Source: Prosthecobacter sp.
Lineage (GTDB): Bacteria > Verrucomicrobiota > Verrucomicrobiia > Verrucomicrobiales > Verrucomicrobiaceae
Reading direction: 5' to 3'
Length of the DNA: 24,000 bases
Assembly: GCA_019186985.1 (NCBI GenBank)
Contig: JABARQ010000004.1
Coordinates: forward strand, 130,414 to 154,413
The notes beneath the pieces are model-generated. The model worked only from the letters and a program-made list of their open reading frames with translations. It was not told the origin of the DNA and made no database searches. Within the stretch, counting starts at the first letter, position 1. Each line of letters starts with the position of its first letter. The translations under genes were made by a program, and so were the position numbers. Below, piece by piece: positions 18,462 to 24,000 of the stretch.

Positions 18462-18611
18462 CCAGGAATGCGTTCCAGGGGCCTGTGGCCGCTTTAGGCC
18501 ACTCCTGAGCATGGCAGCAGCCCAGAGCTGGTTGGATGCGCCCACGGCCTCGGGAACCGCCCAGGAAAACAACTCATCAATGGCAAGGTTCTAGGCGTTG
18601 GCGGGCCGGTT

Positions 18612-21600
18612 TCATTTTTCGCCCCAGTGGGCGCACACCCCCGCCTCGACTTCGATGGGCACCTGCGGGAACAGGGTGGCCATCGCCTCAATCATGGTCG
18701 ATTGGACCAGATCACGGACCTCAACCGCCTTTGCCTCAGGCACCTCGACGATCACTTCATCGTGGACCGTGGAGAGGATCTGCGCGTCGGCAGGCAGCCG
18801 CTCGGCCAGAAGAACCAGAGCCTGCTTCATGCCGTCGGCGGAACCGCCCTGGACGGGCATGTTCACGAGGGCGGTGAAACGTTCCCATTCGGAAGCGGTT
18901 TCCGGGATGAGACGGCGGCGGCCCAGCACCGTGCGCACTTCGCGGGCACCTTCGTCGGCCTTGTTGCGGCTGACGCCGTGCCACTGACGCAGGCGGTCGT
19001 AGGTGCGGAAGAACTGGCGGCGGATCTTCTCGGCCTGGTCCAGCTCCAGATGCACGCCGTAGCTGGAGGCGGCGTAGCGCACGAGGCCCGGAGCGCTCTG
19101 ACCGTAGAGCAAACCGAACGAGGCCGCTTTTCCTGTCTGCCGGTCCGCCTTACTCACGTCCTCCAGGGGTTTGCCCAGCACCTCGGCTGCGGTCTGCTTG
19201 TGCAGGTCCACGCCGTTGCGATACGCCTCGATCATCTTCTTCTCCCCGGCGATCACGGCGGCAGCACGCAGCTCGATCTGCGAGTAGTCGGCGACGATGA
19301 GCTTGTGACCAGGGCAGGGGATAAAGCACTCACGCAGCTCGCCGCGTCCCACGTTTTGCAGGTTCGGCTCCTTGGAGGCAAAGCGTCCCGTGGCCGTGCC
19401 GGTTGGATCGAAGCGGCCATGGATGCGCCCATCCGGCTTTACGCAGTCCAGGAGTGATGCAGCCTGTTGGGCGAGCTTTTCAGCGCCTCGATAGTCGAGG
19501 ATCAGCGGGATGATCTCGCCATCGTCCGCCGCCTTGAGCGTTTCCTCGTTGGTGTTCTCCAGCTCGATGCCTGAGGCTTTGAGCGCCTCAAGAAGCTGCT
19601 GCGGGCTGCCTGGGTTGAGCTTGGGAAGGTTGAGCTTTTGCCGCAGCATCCCGGCATGGTCGGAGGCGGAGGAGCGTGCCCTCGTTTCGATCTCTCGGAG
19701 CTTGGCTTTGTCCACGGCAATGCCAGCGGCTTCCATCTCGACGATGACGGGCACGAGATCGAACTCCAGACGCGCCACCCGGTCGAGCCCCTCGTGTTCC
19801 AGTTCACCCCAGAGCTTGTTGGAGAGCGCCTGGAGGTGGAACACATCTCGGGCGGCATAGGCGAGCTGATCCTCGGTGAGGAACATGGAACCCCAGTCCG
19901 AACGGCTGTGATCCGGGGCGGGAGCAATGCCCAGGTAGCGTTCCAGGCACTTGTCCAGGTCGTTGCCGGGTTTGGTGCCTGCGGTGAGCAGGCGGGCGGC
20001 AGTGAGCGTGCAGAACACGCGTGTGGCGCGCAGGCCGCATTTCACGCGCAGCCAGAGGAGATCGAACTTGGCATTGTGGGCGATGATCTCGGTGGCTTCG
20101 AGAATGGGCTTCAGTTCGCCCAGGTCGTAGCCGATGGCCCGCAGGTCGAGCGTCCAAATCGGGCCGCCCTCGCGGCAAAGGGAAAGCAGCCGGATTTCCC
20201 CCTTCCAGGGATCGAGGCCGTCGCCCTTGCCTGCCCCGCAGGTTTCGATGTCCACCGAGATGCCCGAGGCCCCGGCCAGGTCCGCACCAATCCGCTCCAG
20301 GTCACTCCGGGCGGTGCAGAAGACCGCCGACAGTGAGGTGTGAGGTGCAGTGAGGTTTGGCTGACCGTGATGTAGAGACTCAATAAATGGTCTTTCATTT
20401 TCTGAAATTGCTCCGCATTTTTCCGCGCACGCGGAACGACTGGAAAAACCTCCCTCCACCTCACACCTCACTGTTGGGGATGCCCCGGAGGAAAGCAGGG
20501 CGGCGGGTTGCGAGGAGCGGAGAAAGCGGTATTTGCAGCAGTTGGCCGATGTCCGCTGGACGCCAAAGACCACGCCCCCGAGCTCCCGGCCGTCGAACTT
20601 GGCGAGCAACTTGGCGAAGGCGACCATGCCGCGCTTCTGCGTGAAGTCGATCCAGTCGAACAGCTCCTGAACCTCCTCCACCTCCCGCACCCACTCATAG
20701 ACCGTGTTCTTGGGCGTCCATTCGCTGCCAAACCGGTCATGGCCCAGGCCGAAGAACTGACGCATGGCACGGGTGTCCTGGTCGCCGGAGGACTGGCTGT
20801 CGGCGTGCGGCTGGCAGGGATCCGGCAGCCCACAGGCAGCCAGGATGCCTCCAACGACCCTGCCCCAGTCCGGAAAGGAGGTGAACGGACTCGGTCCAGG
20901 CGGGCATCCGTTGCCAACCCAATGGGCGACCAGGGTGGCAATCGCGGAAAGCAGCTCGGAGCGGTTCTGCCGCACCCAGTCCAGGAGGTTCGGCTGACGG
21001 TAGCGATGCCCGTTGATGTCCTCCGGCGTGAACCTCAGCCGGATGCGGCGGCAGCGGCGCTCGATGTCCGGCTCCCAGGTGGCGTTGTTGGCCGAAAAGC
21101 TGAACTCCGTCTCATTGGGCAGGACCAGGGTTTCGCTCACGCCGAGGCGGCGGTCCTCCCAGATGCCCGAGTTGTCGGTGGCCGCCTCAAGGGCGGCATA
21201 ACGGACGTGCCCCTTCATGTTGGCGAGGTGGAAGAACCGGCTGCCGGCCATGAGGGCGGAGGTGATCCGCTTGCGCATTTCCTCGTCACCGTCCTTGGAG
21301 AGCGGGGCGCAGATGATCGAGCGCCCGGTGTAAAGGACGTGCGTCACATCGGCGCAGGTGTCCTTGCCGCAGCCCTCCCGGTTGCCGTCATAGATCCAGA
21401 GGGGCGTGCGCTTCCAGCGCATCAGCCCCCGGCAGAACGGCGTGATGAGGCGGGCCAGGGCATGCACCCTGGCCTGTTCGTCCTGCCACCAGAACCCGCC
21501 CTCCTCCGGCTGGCAGAACAGCTCGCCCAACAGCAGGCGAAGGGCCTCCTCAAAGCCCATCGGGCGCAACGTCGGTGCGTCGGGGCTCAGCCAGGTCCCG

Positions 21601-23432
21601 AAGCGCTCGTCATAGCCGGGCCTGGGATAGACCACCTGTCCTTCGTGAAGGACCGGCACCGGCACGTCCAGCAGGCGGACGATCCTGGGCAGCCGCGAGA
21701 GGAACTGCCGGGCCGAGAGCACCACACGCGCGTCGGACTCAGCCATGCTCTTCTGCATGAACACGCTGTCGCCTGCCTCATCCTGCCTGAGCACGCCGGT
21801 TTCCACCGAGCGCTCGGCGGCGGTCACCAGGTCGGCCGCCTTGAGCGTGTGCAGCATGGTGCCAGGGATCGCGCCCCTGGCGTCGGACTCCTTCACCATC
21901 GTGATTTCAACGACGTTTCGGGAGAACTGAAACAGATCCAGCCTTGGTCCGATCACCTCCCCCAGCTCGGTGGCGAACTCGCTGTGGCTCCTGCCGGTGC
22001 CAGGAAGCTCAATCTTCGGACGGGCGCCCGAAGGCCGCACGCCCGGCTGCCAGACGCGCAGACCGGTGCAATGAGCGGCAATGATCCCAGGGCGCTGCGA
22101 CTCGCACCATTGCACGAAGTCAGGCAGACCACGCTCGTCGCAGTGGGCATGCAGGCAGCGGAAGGCCGGCAGTGTGCCGGGCGCGTTGAAGAGCACCGTA
22201 TCAGATCCCGGTTCGCCCTTCGCCCGTTCGCTGTGCTGGTCCTGCCACGGGCAGCGCACGGCCCACTTGCCGGTGTCCGGATCCAGGCAGCCACCTAGGA
22301 TGTCCAGTTCCCCGGCCACCTTCACCAGATCCAGCGTGCGCAGGTCTTCCCGCCATTGGGACCACCAGGGCTTTTCCTTCGCAGGGCGGCCCGGCTTCCT
22401 GACCTCCGGCGTTGCAAAACCGAACCACCTCCGCAGCTGCTCCCAGCTCACCTCGGGGATCGGGCCGGTCACCTCCCAGGTGTAGCGGTGGCCGCTTTTG
22501 TGGACGGAGGGACTGAGCACCAGATTGAGGCCGTCAAAGTAGAGCTCGGCGCTTACCTTCTCATTGATCTGGCAGGTGATAGCCTTTCTGGATTTGAGCA
22601 CGCCCTCGGGCAGGTCGCGGCAGATGAAATGCAGGTGGGCACCTCCTCCGGTGCGCTCCCGGGGCACGGCGGCAAGCGCCGGATGAGCTTCCAGCCAGGC
22701 GCGGACCGAAGCACCGCTGTCAGGCTTGCTGTCGAGGTCCACGGCGACGAAGGGCGGGCGGACCACGACACCGAGGTTGTAGGGCGTTTGGGAGGAGAAC
22801 ACCTCATGAAGGTCCTCCGGGGTCACGTCGGCAGCCTTGTGGTCGCGCCAGCCTTTGGAACAGGGCTTCTTGCCCCGTTCTTTGTCATCGCCGCGATCGG
22901 GCGGCACAAGGGGGTGCACGGCCCAGCCGAGCTGCTGGTGGTAGAAGGAGGCAGCACGCAGACGGTCCCAGGAATGAATGTCCTCAGGAATCACCCAGCC
23001 ATGGCGGGGAGTGGAATCAAACTCGGGGTGGTTGATTCCTTTGATTCCATCCTGAGCCCCGGAAATGGAATCAAACTCGGTCTGCCCGGCAGGTTTGATT
23101 CCACCGGTTGATTCCAAATTGGAATCAATTTCGGGTCGTTTGATTCCTTTGATTCCATCCTGAGCTCCCGAAATGGGATCAAACTCGGTCTGGCCGGCAG
23201 GTTTGATTCCACGGGTTGATTCCAAATTGGAATCAACTTCAGGCCGGTTGATTCCTTTGATTCCATCCTGAACCCCCGAAATGGAATCAACCGCAGCGTG
23301 CTGCTTCCACTGTTCGCGTGCCGCCCGCTTGAGCAGTGTGGACACGGACACGCCAAACTGCTCTGCCACACGCCTCAGAGAGCTGCCGCCGCCTTCGTAG
23401 CACCTGCGAACCTGGTTCCAGTCCACGGTCAT
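18612..23432 (-). CDS. 1606-aa fusion: HTH / 36-aa repeats / AEP primase-polymerase / Zn motif / SF3 (D5/P4-alpha)-like NTPase / DEDD 3'-5' exonuclease / family A DNA polymerase
   Basis: Domains by nt. HTH 23292-23432 (SLRRVAEQFGVSVSTLLKRAAREQW). Repeats 23013-23288. PrimPol 22428-22970 (VAVDLD, TGGGAHLHF, SPSVHKSGHRY). Zn motif 22140-22253 (CPWQDQH...FRCLHAHC). SF3-like ~21033-21515 (GNREGCGKDT, FSFSANN). Exo ~19818-20270 (DIET checked at 20241-20252, HNAKFD, YAARD). PolA 18615-19790 (DYSQIELR checked at 19266-19289, RQTGKAASFGLLYG, VHDE). The start ATG overlaps the upstream gene's stop (ATGA). Confidence 0.9.
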   Translation of the reverse strand: MTVDWNQVRRCYEGGGSSLRRVAEQFGVSVSTLLKRAAREQWKQHAAVDSISGVQDGIKGINRPEVDSNLESTRGIKPAGQTEFDPISGAQDGIKGIKRPEIDSNLESTGGIKPAGQTEFDSISGAQDGIKGINHPEFDSTPRHGWVIPEDIHSWDRLRAASFYHQQLGWAVHPLVPPDRGDDKERGKKPCSKGWRDHKAADVTPEDLHEVFSSQTPYNLGVVVRPPFVAVDLDSKPDSGASVRAWLEAHPALAAVPRERTGGGAHLHFICRDLPEGVLKSRKAITCQINEKVSAELYFDGLNLVLSPSVHKSGHRYTWEVTGPIPEVSWEQLRRWFGFATPEVRKPGRPAKEKPWWSQWREDLRTLDLVKVAGELDILGGCLDPDTGKWAVRCPWQDQHSERAKGEPGSDTVLFNAPGTLPAFRCLHAHCDERGLPDFVQWCESQRPGIIAAHCTGLRVWQPGVRPSGARPKIELPGTGRSHSEFATELGEVIGPRLDLFQFSRNVVEITMVKESDARGAIPGTMLHTLKAADLVTAAERSVETGVLRQDEAGDSVFMQKSMAESDARVVLSARQFLSRLPRIVRLLDVPVPVLHEGQVVYPRPGYDERFGTWLSPDAPTLRPMGFEEALRLLLGELFCQPEEGGFWWQDEQARVHALARLITPFCRGLMRWKRTPLWIYDGNREGCGKDTCADVTHVLYTGRSIICAPLSKDGDEEMRKRITSALMAGSRFFHLANMKGHVRYAALEAATDNSGIWEDRRLGVSETLVLPNETEFSFSANNATWEPDIERRCRRIRLRFTPEDINGHRYRQPNLLDWVRQNRSELLSAIATLVAHWVGNGCPPGPSPFTSFPDWGRVVGGILAACGLPDPCQPHADSQSSGDQDTRAMRQFFGLGHDRFGSEWTPKNTVYEWVREVEEVQELFDWIDFTQKRGMVAFAKLLAKFDGRELGGVVFGVQRTSANCCKYRFLRSSQPAALLSSGASPTVRCEVEGGFSSRSACAEKCGAISENERPFIESLHHGQPNLTAPHTSLSAVFCTARSDLERIGADLAGASGISVDIETCGAGKGDGLDPWKGEIRLLSLCREGGPIWTLDLRAIGYDLGELKPILEATEIIAHNAKFDLLWLRVKCGLRATRVFCTLTAARLLTAGTKPGNDLDKCLERYLGIAPAPDHSRSDWGSMFLTEDQLAYAARDVFHLQALSNKLWGELEHEGLDRVARLEFDLVPVIVEMEAAGIAVDKAKLREIETRARSSASDHAGMLRQKLNLPKLNPGSPQQLLEALKASGIELENTNEETLKAADDGEIIPLILDYRGAEKLAQQAASLLDCVKPDGRIHGRFDPTGTATGRFASKEPNLQNVGRGELRECFIPCPGHKLIVADYSQIELRAAAVIAGEKKMIEAYRNGVDLHKQTAAEVLGKPLEDVSKADRQTGKAASFGLLYGQSAPGLVRYAASSYGVHLELDQAEKIRRQFFRTYDRLRQWHGVSRNKADEGAREVRTVLGRRRLIPETASEWERFTALVNMPVQGGSADGMKQALVLLAERLPADAQILSTVHDEVIVEVPEAKAVEVRDLVQSTMIEAMATLFPQVPIEVEAGVCAHWGEK
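20331..20473. repeat. 143-bp AT-rich element with 28-bp terminal inverted repeats, embedded in frame in the giant gene
   Basis: Left arm 20331-20358 is cagtgaggtgtgaggtgcagtgaggttt. The reverse complement of 20446-20473 is cagtgaggtgtgaggtggagggaggttt. That gives 26/28 matches, with the outer 17 perfect. The 87-nt centre is visibly AT-richer than its flanks and contains the hairpin TTCCGCGcaCGCGGAA (20421-20436). Confidence 0.9.
23013..23290. repeat. Tandem 108-bp repeat (~2.6 units) carrying 16 copies of the octamer TTGATTCC/GGAATCAA; candidate iteron array
   Basis: TTGATTCC starts at 23032, 23041, 23095, 23108, 23140, 23149, 23203, 23216, 23248 and 23257. GGAATCAA starts at 23013, 23067, 23121, 23229 and 23283, with the variant GGGATCAA at 23175. 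The 21-bp palindrome TTGATTCCAAATTGGAATCAA occurs at 23108-23128 and 23216-23236. The array encodes aa 49-140 of the giant protein. Confidence 0.9.
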
Positions 23433-23671
23433 CGTGCCACCTCCCCTCCAGCCTTGGAAGCACGCTTAGTCCGCTTAGAGGTAAGCTTCCGGTTGACCTT
23501 CAGGTAGCCGATCACCTCCACAATGTCGTAGCGCACCACGGACCCCAGCTGGAAGTGGGGCAGACCTACCTTGCGCAGGTTGATGAGATGCCGAACGCTA
23601 ACCTTGAGCAGTTTGGCGAGTTCAGGTTCAGTGAGCCACACTTGTGGCCGGGGAGGTGCAGGTTGGTTCAT
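23429..23671 (-). CDS. Excisionase/MerR-type (HTH_17-like) DNA-binding protein, 80 aa
   Basis: Start chosen at MNQPAPPRPQVWLTEPELAKLLKVSVRHLINLRKVGLPHFQLGSVVRYDIVEVIGYL (ATG 23669-23671, preceded by a G-run). The tracked 140-aa form adds an unlikely Cys-rich leader that crosses the palindromic control region. Its stop overlaps the giant gene's start. Confidence 0.75.
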   Translation of the reverse strand: MNQPAPPRPQVWLTEPELAKLLKVSVRHLINLRKVGLPHFQLGSVVRYDIVEVIGYLKVNRKLTSKRTKRASKAGGEVAR

Positions 23672-23686
23672 CCCCCCTGGAAGGGT

Positions 23687-23754
23687 GTCAACCAGCCTTG
23701 GGAGGGCGGCCCTGGTGATGTTCGTTGCGCAACGAAGATGGCTGGTTGGTTGAC
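23687..23754. promoter_or_regulatory. Nested palindromes in the divergent control region between the two HTH genes
   Basis: A perfect 16-bp palindrome TTCGTTGCGCAACGAA (23721-23736) is flanked by an outer inverted repeat, GTCAACCAGCC (23687-23697) / GGCTGGTTggttGAC (23740-23754). GGTTGGTT recurs at 23661-23668. Confidence 0.5.
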
Positions 23755-23769
23755 ATCGCCCCCCCGTGC

Positions 23770-24000
23770 ATGAGCAACAACATGCAATCAGGGGCAGCCA
23801 CGCCCGAGGAAACGCAGGCGAGACCAGCCTCCCCTCAACTCTGGACCGCACGCGATGTGGCGCGTTACGCTCGGTGCAGCCTCCGGCAGGTCGGGTATCT
23901 GCGGTCGGAGGGTCTGCCTTTTGTGCGCATCGGCCGCCTCATCCGCTTTGATCCTCCTCAGGTGAGAGCCTGGCTGCTGGGCCATGCACCGGCCAACCTT
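23770..24000 (+). CDS. Excisionase/AlpA-type HTH protein (3' end outside window; absent from the ORF track because no stop is in the window)
   Basis: Frame 1 from ATG 23770 (alternative ATG 23782) is open to nt 24000: MSNNMQSGAATPEETQARPASPQLWTARDVARYARCSLRQVGYLRSEGLPFVRIGRLIRFDPPQVRAWLLGHAPANL... Confidence 0.65.
   Translation, partial: MSNNMQSGAATPEETQARPASPQLWTARDVARYARCSLRQVGYLRSEGLPFVRIGRLIRFDPPQVRAWLLGHAPANL

Larger units (their letters stand above)
17547..24000. mobile_element. Partial replicative/integrative mobile element (satellite-, prophage- or plasmid-like); right end outside window, left boundary undefined
   Basis: A self-replication gene, two excisionase-type HTH genes and a Nu1-like HTH gene follow an AT-richer 315-bp gene-free stretch (17547-17861). 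No integrase or att site is visible in the window. Confidence 0.55.

Noticed and set aside
19800-20330. Independent start codon for a separate exonuclease-PolA gene in the present orientation
   Set aside because: There is no in-frame ATG, GTG or TTG between the IR element and well into the exonuclease domain (the first Met is at aa ~1183). As assembled, the polymerase can only be made as part of the fusion.
23013-23290. CRISPR array as an explanation for the regular repeats
   Set aside because: The units are contiguous 108-bp tandem repeats with no unique spacers. They lie inside an open reading frame and are translated as 36-aa repeats.
23672-23851. Long form (140 aa) of the minus-strand HTH gene with a Cys-rich leader (…LIACCCSCTGGRC…)
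   Set aside because: It would be translated across the palindromic control region and across the start of the divergent gene. The internal ATG at 23671 gives a typical 80-aa excisionase-size protein.

Overview
High-GC bacterial chromosomal window; the gene content looks PVC/Verrucomicrobia-like, but no search was possible to confirm this. There are four blocks. (A) 1-2182 is the 3' part of one uninterrupted ORF. It fuses an AAA+ ATPase, half of a PhnD-type binding-protein fold and a PQQ-like beta-propeller. (B) 2183-13970 is an efflux block of about 11.9 kb. It holds TetR-MFP-RND-OMF, then a YhiI/RbbA/YhhJ-type set (HlyD adaptor, fused 2xABC+permease, ABC-2 permease). The block is bracketed by a 93-bp near-perfect direct repeat of the propeller gene's 3' end. 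A nested second repeat pair, the OMF gene's 3' end, brackets the ABC cassette. 13800-14126 is a mosaic of gene-end remnants. No recombinase is visible in this block. (C) 14187-17546 is a tightly coupled putative operon. It holds two small Cys-motif membrane peptides absent from the ORF track, a DinB-fold protein, an NRDE/TANGO2-family protein and an OlsF-like bifunctional acyltransferase. (D) 17547-24000 is the left part of a replicative mobile element. It holds a Nu1-like HTH protein, a 1606-aa single-chain replication protein, and two divergent excisionase-type HTH genes around a nested palindrome. The replication protein joins an HTH, 36-aa repeats, an AEP PrimPol, a Zn motif, an SF3-like NTPase, a DEDD exonuclease and a family A polymerase. 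Two DNA-level structures sit inside this giant gene. One is a 278-bp array with 16 copies of the octamer TTGATTCC, a candidate intragenic origin. The other is a 143-bp AT-rich element with 28-bp inverted repeats at the helicase/polymerase junction; inverting it would split the gene cleanly into two ORFs. All family assignments come from motifs read by eye. No database search was run.
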